Source of the DNA: Pseudomonadota bacterium
Lineage (GTDB): Bacteria > Pseudomonadota > Gammaproteobacteria > JAKAQQ01
DNA: 59,858 nt
Direction of reading: 5' to 3'
NCBI GenBank assembly: GCA_021798795.1
Contig: JAJZBR010000002.1
Coordinates: forward strand, 1-59,858
Both the position numbers and the translations under genes were made by a program. Positions 46,048 through 54,137 of the stretch are shown here, one piece after another. Position 1 is the first letter of the stretch, and every line of letters begins with the position of its first letter. Under the pieces are notes generated by a model. The model had not been told where the DNA came from and searched no databases. It saw only the letters and a list, made by a program, of their open reading frames with translations.

Positions 46048-47970
46048 TCAGCTTGCGATGCGTGTTGCAACGGCGAAACGGGAGGAGTCAATGCCAGGCA
46101 TCAGGGGTTTGTCCCACTCGATGCTGATGCGATCACCGGCGTGTCTCAGCCGATCCATCCACTGTCCAATATGTACGTGATGACTAATCGGCGCATCCTT
46201 GAACTCAAGGACCAGTGTGAGAGTCCGAAATCTCCGCAGCAGACGGTTCATCAGGTTCAGGGCAGACTTCAGGTCTGCGGACTGGCAGGATCTTCCAACG
46301 ACCATGCGAAGCCGCACCGGTCTGGATAGACGCTCAAATTGAATCCTGAAGATTCCATTAGCGGTCGGTTCCTGGAGCTTGCGGAGAAGTTGGACGACGT
46401 GTCTTTCGATCGACAGTCGTTCGCGGAATGTTGGGTGGCAGACGTAACGCCTGGCATATTCCCGGATGGAGAAGCCAGCGGCCCAATCTTGGCAGGCATC
46501 TGGCCAGAGCGATGGGCGCACATGACCGAGGCTCCATACGAATCGCGCGCCGCAGACCACTCCGCTCCTCAGGATTCCACGGATAGCCAGCCGCCAGAGG
46601 GTGCGCCCGGCATGACGCTCGTTCGCGTGATGCCGGAATGAATGATGGTTTTTGCGATAAAAACGGAACTTGTTGCGGATACGCATGGCCATCGCACGAT
46701 AACTCGTCAGACGTTCATAGAGGGCCGCGTAGCCGACGGTGAGTTCATCATAGGTCATGCCGAGGGGCACAATGTTTGTCTGCCCGCCGGTATTGTCCCC
46801 GGGTTGCACATGGGCCCGCAGTCGATTCTCCCGTCTCAGCCGTTCGTAAAGCGGTGTCCGTGGTACGGCCGTGAGAAGACCCAGCATGGCAACCTGGATG
46901 CCCGATGCTTCAATAAAATGGTACTGGCGCTCAAACGTTTTGACCGAATCATGATCAAAGCCCACGATGAAACCGCTGAACACGTCGATTCCGTTCTGGT
47001 AAAAGGCGCGGACGGCATCCAGCAGGCTACCCCTCAGGTTCTGTTTTTTCCCTGTCTCGGCCAGGCTTTCCGTTTCGGGTGTTTCGATGCCGAGGAAGAC
47101 CCAATGAAATCCGGCAGCGCGGACCCTGGAGAGAAGCTCACGGTCGGTTGCGAGATTGACCGATACCTCGGTACCAAACGAGAACGGGTAATTGTGGCAT
47201 CGCTGGTATTCTGTTAGAAACTCGAGCAAGGCCAGGGCACGTGGCCGATGTCCAATCAGGTTATCGTCAACGAAGAACACGTTGTGGACGCCATATCGGC
47301 GCAGGAGGTCGAGTTCGTCATGAATCTGTTCAAGGGTTTTGGTCCGTGGTTTCCGGCCAAAAAGAACGGGAATGTCGCAGAACTCACATTGATAAGGACA
47401 TCCCCGTGAGAACTGCAGGCTGGCTGTCGTGTAGGAAGAAAACTTGATCAGGTCGTAACGCGGCGTCGGCGAATGCCGGAGATCGACCGGGACTGCCTGG
47501 TGATAGCGTCTGGCTGCTATACCCTGTTCGAAATCGCGGCAGAACGCTGGCCAGATCAGTTCGGCCTCACCAATTATCAAGGTATCCACAAGCCCCTCAT
47601 AGGATGAGGGCGACAAGGAGACATAGCTCCCGCCAGCCACGACATGGTAGCCTTTCTCGCGATAGTACCCGAGGAGTTCCCTTTGGCGTGGAAACTGGAC
47701 AGCCATCCCGCCGATGCCGACAATATCCGCATCCGGATCCAGCGGCAGGGGCTCAATGTTTTCGTCACAGATTGCGATGTCCCAGTGGGCTGGAGTCAGC
47801 GCGGCAAGGGTCGCGAGTCCGAGGGGTGGGTTGATCGCCCGTTTGTCCGAGAGCACTTCGCGGAGCGCCCAGCGGAAGCTCCAGAAGCTTTCCGGAGAAC
47901 GGGGATTGACCAGAACCAGGCGTATCGGTCGTTTGGGAAGAAGTTTGGGATCGATCGGGTGCACGAACAT
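46048..47970 (-). CDS. B12-binding-domain radical SAM protein with DUF4070-like C-terminal region (function unknown)
   Basis: 640 aa. N-terminal cobalamin-binding-like segment (DIVGIGGMAVQFPRQRELLGYYREKGYHVVAGG) and radical SAM motif FSRGCPYQCEFCD (CX3CX2C). About 230 aa of C-terminal extension. The stop lies 11 nt before the ubiD start. Confidence 0.85.
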   Translation of the reverse strand: MFVHPIDPKLLPKRPIRLVLVNPRSPESFWSFRWALREVLSDKRAINPPLGLATLAALTPAHWDIAICDENIEPLPLDPDADIVGIGGMAVQFPRQRELLGYYREKGYHVVAGGSYVSLSPSSYEGLVDTLIIGEAELIWPAFCRDFEQGIAARRYHQAVPVDLRHSPTPRYDLIKFSSYTTASLQFSRGCPYQCEFCDIPVLFGRKPRTKTLEQIHDELDLLRRYGVHNVFFVDDNLIGHRPRALALLEFLTEYQRCHNYPFSFGTEVSVNLATDRELLSRVRAAGFHWVFLGIETPETESLAETGKKQNLRGSLLDAVRAFYQNGIDVFSGFIVGFDHDSVKTFERQYHFIEASGIQVAMLGLLTAVPRTPLYERLRRENRLRAHVQPGDNTGGQTNIVPLGMTYDELTVGYAALYERLTSYRAMAMRIRNKFRFYRKNHHSFRHHANERHAGRTLWRLAIRGILRSGVVCGARFVWSLGHVRPSLWPDACQDWAAGFSIREYARRYVCHPTFRERLSIERHVVQLLRKLQEPTANGIFRIQFERLSRPVRLRMVVGRSCQSADLKSALNLMNRLLRRFRTLTLVLEFKDAPISHHVHIGQWMDRLRHAGDRISIEWDKPLMPGIDSSRFAVATRIAS

Positions 47971-47992
47971 CTATCGGACATATCTTGCGCTT

Positions 47993-48034
47993 ATTGTGAG
48001 AGATCACACGCATCCACTGCTTGACACAAATCAA
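47993..48034 (-). promoter_or_regulatory. FNR-like box and -10 element upstream of the radical SAM-ubiD-ubiX unit
   Basis: TTGAC-ACAA-ATCAA at 48021..48034 matches 9/10 of the consensus. CACAAT on the minus strand (47998..47993) is again 32 bp from the box centre, which is 57.5 bp upstream of the ATG at 47970. Confidence 0.5.
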
Positions 48035-48154
48035 GCTCGCTCAGCGCCAAGGTTTAGATTTGACCAGACAGTGGATGGGGCCGGAAGGATAGCGCACGAT
48101 CCCCTATAATCTTACTGGATCGAGTCTCTATTTTATCTATGACCGGGAGTCTGC

Positions 48155-50128
48155 GTGAGTCCCTCCTCCGAGCTTCGTTTTTCGCTTTCCGACCTCGACC
48201 CTGCCGTTCATCCCGGTGAGGATTTCTATTCATACGCCAATGGCGGATGGTGCCGCGCCCACCCTATTCCTGCGGATTACAGCCGCTGGGGCACATTTCT
48301 CGCACTTGATCGCAGGAACCGTGAGCAGCTCCGTGACTTGCTGGAGGGGGCCCGGAACACGCCGGATGCGCCAGTAGGATCGCCCACGCAACTGGTCGGC
48401 GACTGGTATGCCGCCGCCATGGACGAGCAGACGATCGAGCAGGCAGGTTGGGATCCGCTTCGGACGTTTCTCGACGCCATCGGTTCCACCTCCGGTCCCT
48501 CCAATCTCTGGACACTTGTGGCCCATCTTCAAAAGTCGGGTACGAATCCCTTTTTCGAGCTCGGTGTGCAGCAGGATGCAAAGGACAGCACGCGGATGAT
48601 CGCGGTCGTCTACCAGGGAGGACTCGGTCTTCCGGAGCGTGATTATTATCTCGATCCCGATCCCTTTTTTGATCGGGCGCGGGAGGCTTATGTTTGCTAT
48701 CTCGCGACCCTTCTGGATCTCTGGCAGGGGGCGGATCCGATGCATCGGGAGCAGGCCCGGGCGGTTTTTGCGTTCGAGCGGGAACTCGCCCTGGTATCTA
48801 TGACCCCAGCCGAGCAGCGGGATCCTTGGGCGATCTACCACCCGCGCTCCGTGGAGGCGCTTGCGGGAGAGATCCCGGAGGTCGGCTGGTACGATCTTTT
48901 TCGCGCTCACGACCTGCCGCAGGAGTTCCCGGTCAATCTCGCGCAACCGGCATTTTTTGCGCGCCTCGGGCAGTTGGTCGCAGAGACCGATCCCCTCTGC
49001 ATCAACCGCTATCTCGCTCTGCAACTCCTGGCCGGCTTTGCACCTGCGCTCTCGTCTGCATGGGTCGATGCACACTTCCAGTTCGCGAAGGCGCTTACGG
49101 GAACCGAGCAGATTCAGCCTCGCTGGCTTCGCGTCGGCCGGGCGCTCGATGCCGGGATCGGATTTGCATTGGGCAAGCTTTATGTGGCCCGATACTTTCC
49201 GCCTGCTTCACGTGAGCGGACAGAGGCGATCTTCGAGCAGGTCCGGCGTACGTTCCGGGATCGGATCAGCCGTCTCGGGTGGATGAGCGAGGGGACACGT
49301 GTTCGCGCGCTCGAGAAGCTTGATCGGATGGGCACCCGGATCGGTTATCCCGATCGTTTTCGGGACTACCCGGGATTGGTCATCGACCGACGCTCCTATG
49401 TTTTGAACCTGTGCCGGGCACAAGCCCATGCGCTCGCCTATGACCTCTCCAAGATCGGTCGCCCGGTCGATCCGGAGGAGTGGTTCATGACGCCACAGAC
49501 GGTGAATGCGTACTATCATCCGGCGAAGAACGAGATGGTGTTCCCGGCGGGCATTCTGCAGCCACCCTTTTTTGATCCGGACATGCCTGAGGCCTATAAC
49601 TACGGTGCGATCGGTGCGGTGATCGGACATGAAATGACCCACGGCTTTGACGATCAGGGGCGCAAGTACGATGCTTCGGGCAACGTTTTTGACTGGTGGA
49701 CGCCAGGGGACGAGAAGGGTTTTGAGGAACGGATCAAAGACCTCCGGATCCAGCTTCAGAAGGCCCGGTTCAAGGATGGTCTCACCCTCAATCCCGAGCT
49801 ACTGATGGGCGAGTTCATCGCCGATATCGGTGGCGTGAATCTCGCCTTTGAGGCCATGCTGCGGGCGGGGATCGCGCCGGATGCACCCTCGGCGTTTGCG
49901 GACCTCACGCACCGGCAGCTTTTTTTTCTGGCTTTCGCCCACTTGTGGGCGGGCAATGTGCGCGATGACACGCTGAGACTCATGCTGGCGAGCGATCCCC
50001 ACCCCCCCGCGACCGTCCGGGTCAACGAGACCCTTCGGAACGTCCGGGCCTTTGCCGGTGCCTTTCCCATTCTGCCCGAAGCCCCTCTCTATCCGGCCCA
50101 CCCGATCGATCCCTGGGGCGGGATGTAG
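48155..50128 (+). CDS. M13 family zinc metallopeptidase (PepO/neprilysin-like)
   Basis: 657 aa with a GTG start. Motifs VNAYYHP, HEMTHGFDDQGR (HExxH) and GEFIADIGG (ExxxD). No obvious signal peptide. Confidence 0.88.
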   Translation: MSPSSELRFSLSDLDPAVHPGEDFYSYANGGWCRAHPIPADYSRWGTFLALDRRNREQLRDLLEGARNTPDAPVGSPTQLVGDWYAAAMDEQTIEQAGWDPLRTFLDAIGSTSGPSNLWTLVAHLQKSGTNPFFELGVQQDAKDSTRMIAVVYQGGLGLPERDYYLDPDPFFDRAREAYVCYLATLLDLWQGADPMHREQARAVFAFERELALVSMTPAEQRDPWAIYHPRSVEALAGEIPEVGWYDLFRAHDLPQEFPVNLAQPAFFARLGQLVAETDPLCINRYLALQLLAGFAPALSSAWVDAHFQFAKALTGTEQIQPRWLRVGRALDAGIGFALGKLYVARYFPPASRERTEAIFEQVRRTFRDRISRLGWMSEGTRVRALEKLDRMGTRIGYPDRFRDYPGLVIDRRSYVLNLCRAQAHALAYDLSKIGRPVDPEEWFMTPQTVNAYYHPAKNEMVFPAGILQPPFFDPDMPEAYNYGAIGAVIGHEMTHGFDDQGRKYDASGNVFDWWTPGDEKGFEERIKDLRIQLQKARFKDGLTLNPELLMGEFIADIGGVNLAFEAMLRAGIAPDAPSAFADLTHRQLFFLAFAHLWAGNVRDDTLRLMLASDPHPPATVRVNETLRNVRAFAGAFPILPEAPLYPAHPIDPWGGM

Positions 50129-50135
50129 CCTCCGT

Positions 50136-51095
50136 TCAGGAACGCTTGCGGGGCCGTCCCCGGGTTGGAGGCGGGACATGGCCGGTTGCGACGTGCGGGG
50201 CTGCCGTGGCGCAGTTTTTTTGCTGGTCGTCGAAAAAAATATCGGCTCCGAATGCTTCGAGGAAAGGGGCTTTGTCACGACCGCCCAGGAAGAACATCTC
50301 ATCGATCCTGATTTTCCAGGCCCTGAGGGTCCGGATGACCCGCTCGTGGGCAGGAGCGGCACGGGCCGTGACAAGAGCTGTCCGGATCGGTGCCGGATCC
50401 TTCGGGAAATCGGCCTGTACCTTGTGGAGCGTTGCGAGGAAGTTCTTGAAGGGGCCGCCCGGCAGAGGCTCCCGTGCGTGAGTGGTTTCCTGTTCGGAAA
50501 AAGCCGGCAATCCCTGTTCCCGGTAGATGCGCTCGGCCTCGTCGGAAAACAGGACGGCATCCCCGTCGAATGCGATCCGGAGCTCCGGGAACCGGCTTTC
50601 GCCTGCCGCACGGGGGATGATGGTCGCAGCCGCATGGCCGTTTTCGAGCGTCTGGCGGACGGCTTCGGCATCAGCCGAAAGAAACAGGTCGGCTGAGAAG
50701 GGCTGGATATAGGGGGCCGTTTCGTGTCCGCCGCTGAAGACAGCCTGCGTAATGTCTAGCCCGTAGTGACGGATCGAGTTGAACACGCGCAGTCCGGTAT
50801 CGGCGCTGTTACGGGAGAGCAGGATGATTTCGACATGCCGACGCCCGTCCGGTCCCGCATTGAGATTCAGGAGTTTCTCGACGAGCGGAAAGGCAACTCC
50901 CCGTGCCAGGATTTCCTCCTCATGGGTGACCTGGTAGCGGGCATAGGCTTCGACCCCCTCTGTTTCGAAAAGTCGATGGCTCTCCTCGAGATCGAAAAGG
51001 GCGCGGGAGGAAATCGCAACCACCATGGGTGCATCGTGGGGTGGCCTCTCAAGCCCCTCGGGCTGGGTCGGGGGAACTAAGGCTCGGGTGGACAT
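50136..51095 (-). CDS. 5'-nucleotidase family protein (cytosolic, HAD-unrelated '5-nucleotidase' family)
   Basis: 319 aa. VVAISSRALFDLEESH..F...G...Y and the C-terminal FFDDQ block are characteristic of this family. The assignment is from memory of the family pattern. Confidence 0.65.
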   Translation of the reverse strand: MSTRALVPPTQPEGLERPPHDAPMVVAISSRALFDLEESHRLFETEGVEAYARYQVTHEEEILARGVAFPLVEKLLNLNAGPDGRRHVEIILLSRNSADTGLRVFNSIRHYGLDITQAVFSGGHETAPYIQPFSADLFLSADAEAVRQTLENGHAAATIIPRAAGESRFPELRIAFDGDAVLFSDEAERIYREQGLPAFSEQETTHAREPLPGGPFKNFLATLHKVQADFPKDPAPIRTALVTARAAPAHERVIRTLRAWKIRIDEMFFLGGRDKAPFLEAFGADIFFDDQQKNCATAAPHVATGHVPPPTRGRPRKRS

Positions 51096-51280
51096 GGTTC
51101 AGACCCCCTTGGGCTGCGGTAAAACGCGCATCCCGGTGTGCGACGGTATCCGTATCCGGCAAGGGGTGCTCTGGCATGCGGCCTGTGCACAGGATCGGGC
51201 AGCATCGGTCACGATTGATCCCATCCGGTCATCGGGTCTTGGGTTATCATAACGTCACTGAGATCACCGTGGAGATCCTC

Positions 51281-52090
51281 ATGCCCATCATGCAGCAACA
51301 GTCCCATAACCCGACGCTCAAGAACGGTTTGCTCTCCCAATTCCCGGCTCAGCCCGCCGGGCAGACGATGACGCTCCAGGGCGCATTGAACAAGGTCCTG
51401 ATCAGCCTGGTTCTGGTCGTCATCTCCGCGCTTTATACCTGGAACCGCTATGTGGGTGCCCTGAATCTGTATCTCACGCATAATCCAGGCCAGCCCATAG
51501 CCCAAGCCGTCGCCCAGGCGATGGCTGCGACGAGCGTCTATCTCTGGGTCGGGCTGATCGCGGGACTGATTCTGGCCCTCGCCACCTCTTTCAAGCCTAT
51601 GTGGGCACCGGTCACGGCGCCACTCTACGCGATAGCCGAAGGGCTGTTTCTGGGTGCCATGTCGGCCATGTTCAATGCGAGCTATCCCGGGATTGTGATT
51701 CAAGCCGTGCTGCTGACCTTTGCCGTGATGGCCGTAATGTGGTTTCTGTACCGGAGTGGACTGATCCGTGTCACAAACAAGCTCCGGACCGGGATCATGG
51801 CTGCAACCGGCGGTGTTTTCCTGTTCTACCTCGTGACCTGGATCGTCGGGTTTTTCGGCGTCTCGACGCAGAATCTCTTTTTTGGAAGCCAGATCAGCAT
51901 CGTGATCAGTCTGGTCATCGTCGCCATCGCCGCCTTCAACCTGTTGCTCGATTTTGACCTCATCGCGAAAGGTGCGCAGTCAGGATGGCCCCACTATATG
52001 GAGTGGTATTCGGCTTTTGCGCTTACCGTGACCTTGGTCTGGCTCTATCTCGAGCTGCTCGCCCTGCTCGCCAATCTCAACTCACGCTGA
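51281..52090 (+). CDS. Bax inhibitor-1/YccA family membrane protein
   Basis: 269 aa from MPIMQQQ, with GGAG 7 nt upstream. Seven hydrophobic segments and a Q/N-rich N-terminus. The longer ORF from 51029 overlaps the divergent gene. Confidence 0.75.
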   Translation: MPIMQQQSHNPTLKNGLLSQFPAQPAGQTMTLQGALNKVLISLVLVVISALYTWNRYVGALNLYLTHNPGQPIAQAVAQAMAATSVYLWVGLIAGLILALATSFKPMWAPVTAPLYAIAEGLFLGAMSAMFNASYPGIVIQAVLLTFAVMAVMWFLYRSGLIRVTNKLRTGIMAATGGVFLFYLVTWIVGFFGVSTQNLFFGSQISIVISLVIVAIAAFNLLLDFDLIAKGAQSGWPHYMEWYSAFALTVTLVWLYLELLALLANLNSR

Positions 52091-52126
52091 GAGCGGGCTT
52101 CTTGCCGGACAAGCGGGAGCGGGCGC

Positions 52127-53494
52127 TCAGCGACTCGTGAGCGGAGAGAGTCGGGACACGCGCGCTCCGGCTTTGAGCTGCCGATAAGTCAGTTTTCCCA
52201 CGGCTGCACGGATGGCGTAACCGGCCACGACGCGCTCGACCCTCGCGCTGACCAGTGCGACGCGCGATGCCAGGAGTTCATGCTCGGCGTTGAGCACGTT
52301 GAGGAGCGTCTTGATTCCTTGCCGGTGTTCGGCCACCACGCCGTGGTAGGCGATGCGTTCGGCCGCAACCTGGGCCCTGAGCGCCCGGATTTGTGCGCCG
52401 GCGGTGATGTAGTTCTGCCATGCCTGTGTCGCTTCCGTGAGTGCCGCGCGCAAGACCACGTGCGCCCGTGCCTGTTGTTCGCGTAACCGGTCGCGCGCTA
52501 CGTGAACGCGTGCGCTCGTCACCCCGCCCGCATAGATCGGGACCGTCACATTGACGAGGAGGGCGGCCGTATTGAGGCGGGTAAATCCGAACTCGGGATT
52601 GTACGAACGCATATACTCGCCCACGAGCTCGACCGAGGGCTGAAATGCGCTGCGTACAGCTGAGATAGCAGCGCGCGCCGATCGAATGCCGTAACGAGCC
52701 ACGAGCACGGAGAAATTCTCGCTGGCCAGTGCTCGGGTTTCAGCGAGTGAGCGTGGCAGGGGCTGGATCCGCGCAGGCGGGATGAGGGTGCCGGGAGGAG
52801 ATCCCACGATCTCGGTGAATACCGAGTTCACGTTAGCCAGTTTGCCGGATGCGGAGATCACTGCGGCTTCTGCCTGGTCGAGACGGGCGCGCGCTTCCGC
52901 CAGATCGGTACGCGTGGCCTCGCCGTTGCGCAATCGTGCTTCCGTTGACTGGAGATGCTTCCTTAGCAGCACTTCGTTGCTCTGTTCCAGACGGAGGATC
53001 GCCTGGCTCCGATAGACGGAGCCATAAATCTCCGCTACCGCGAGAAAGGTGTGTTGCTCGGTTTCACGCATCGCGGCGAGCCTCGCAGAGACGCCGTTTT
53101 GTGCCTTGCGGATGGACGCACGGGTGCGGCCGCCCTGCCAGATCGGCTGTTCCACTTCAAGGCCATAGGCGTTTTCGTTGGCAGCCAAGCTCGCGTTCGA
53201 GAGGTGAAACAGGCTGGAGCTGATTCCCCATCGATCCCGGCCGAGGCTGCCCGCCAGGAAAACACGCGGACGGTCGCCACCCCGTGCCACGGCGATCTCG
53301 GAATTGGAGGCATCCAGGGCAGAGCGGGCTGCGCGTAGGTTCGGATTCGTGTGGTAGGCGAGGTAAAAGGCCTGGGCAAGCGTTTCCGCTCCGGCGAGGG
53401 GGCACCCGCAGACCAGGATGAGAGTCCATGCCACGACCCATACGGCGACGAACCGGCTCGGGATCAGTCGAAAATCCGGACGGCGCTTCGTCAT
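52127..53494 (-). CDS. TolC family outer membrane efflux protein
   Basis: Start MTKRRPDF. Signal region, then the LAQAFYLAYHTNPNLRAARSALDA motif, followed by duplicated coiled-coil/beta-barrel halves. Confidence 0.85.
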   Translation of the reverse strand: MTKRRPDFRLIPSRFVAVWVVAWTLILVCGCPLAGAETLAQAFYLAYHTNPNLRAARSALDASNSEIAVARGGDRPRVFLAGSLGRDRWGISSSLFHLSNASLAANENAYGLEVEQPIWQGGRTRASIRKAQNGVSARLAAMRETEQHTFLAVAEIYGSVYRSQAILRLEQSNEVLLRKHLQSTEARLRNGEATRTDLAEARARLDQAEAAVISASGKLANVNSVFTEIVGSPPGTLIPPARIQPLPRSLAETRALASENFSVLVARYGIRSARAAISAVRSAFQPSVELVGEYMRSYNPEFGFTRLNTAALLVNVTVPIYAGGVTSARVHVARDRLREQQARAHVVLRAALTEATQAWQNYITAGAQIRALRAQVAAERIAYHGVVAEHRQGIKTLLNVLNAEHELLASRVALVSARVERVVAGYAIRAAVGKLTYRQLKAGARVSRLSPLTSR

Positions 53495-53630
53495 GGGTTG
53501 GCTTCCAGCATTGGCTTCAGGGGGTCCAACGCGAGTATCGGGCCCGAAATTGTACCTTGCATCGAGTCTTTTGTCCGCAAGGGAGGGGTTCCGCACTCCC
53601 CGTCCAGCAGAAGCGGCCGGTCAGCAGGTT

Positions 53631-54137
53631 TTATCGTTTGAGCAAACTCCAGACAAATAGCACGGCCCCAATGGTGATTGCGGAATCCGCGATGTTGAAC
53701 GCAGGGTAGTACCAGCCGTTCACGTGTAGCAGAATGAAATCAATGACATGCCCGTGTACCACGCGGTCGATGGCGTTGCCGAGTGCGCCTCCGAGAGTGA
53801 GGCTTAATGCGATGGGTAACATCCGCGGCCGGCTGGGTAGCCGGAGGATCCAGTTGCCGATCACGACTGCAACGATTGCGACGATTGCGAGAAACAGATC
53901 GTTGCGCCACGCGCCGGGTCCGTTCATGAAACTGAAGGCTGCACCCCGGTTATAGATCCGGGTGAGCGTGAAAATCGGCAGGATACGGATCTGTCCGTAG
54001 GGAGGAAGCATTTGTTCGATCCGGAACTTGCTCCACTGGTCGAGGGCGATCACGAGAGCGCTCAGCAGGAAATACCGGGACTGGCCCCATGCGTTCCGTT
54101 TCGTGTTCGCTGCCTGTTCGAAGCTAGATGAATGCAC
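53631..54137 (-). CDS. lspA: lipoprotein signal peptidase II
   Basis: Motifs [18 protein letters not shown] and FNIADS. There is no in-frame ATG, and the GTG at 54137 overlaps the ileS 3' end by 14 nt. 168 aa. Confidence 0.88.
   Translation of the reverse strand: MHSSSFEQAANTKRNAWGQSRYFLLSALVIALDQWSKFRIEQMLPPYGQIRILPIFTLTRIYNRGAAFSFMNGPGAWRNDLFLAIVAIVAVVIGNWILRLPSRPRMLPIALSLTLGGALGNAIDRVVHGHVIDFILLHVNGWYYPAFNIADSAITIGAVLFVWSLLKR

Noticed and set aside
51029-51280. Upstream 84 codons of ORF 51029..52090, an extended Bax-inhibitor protein.
   Set aside because: The extension overlaps the divergent 5'-nucleotidase gene start and is Arg/Gly-rich. A GGAG-preceded ATG at 51281 gives a normal-length family member.
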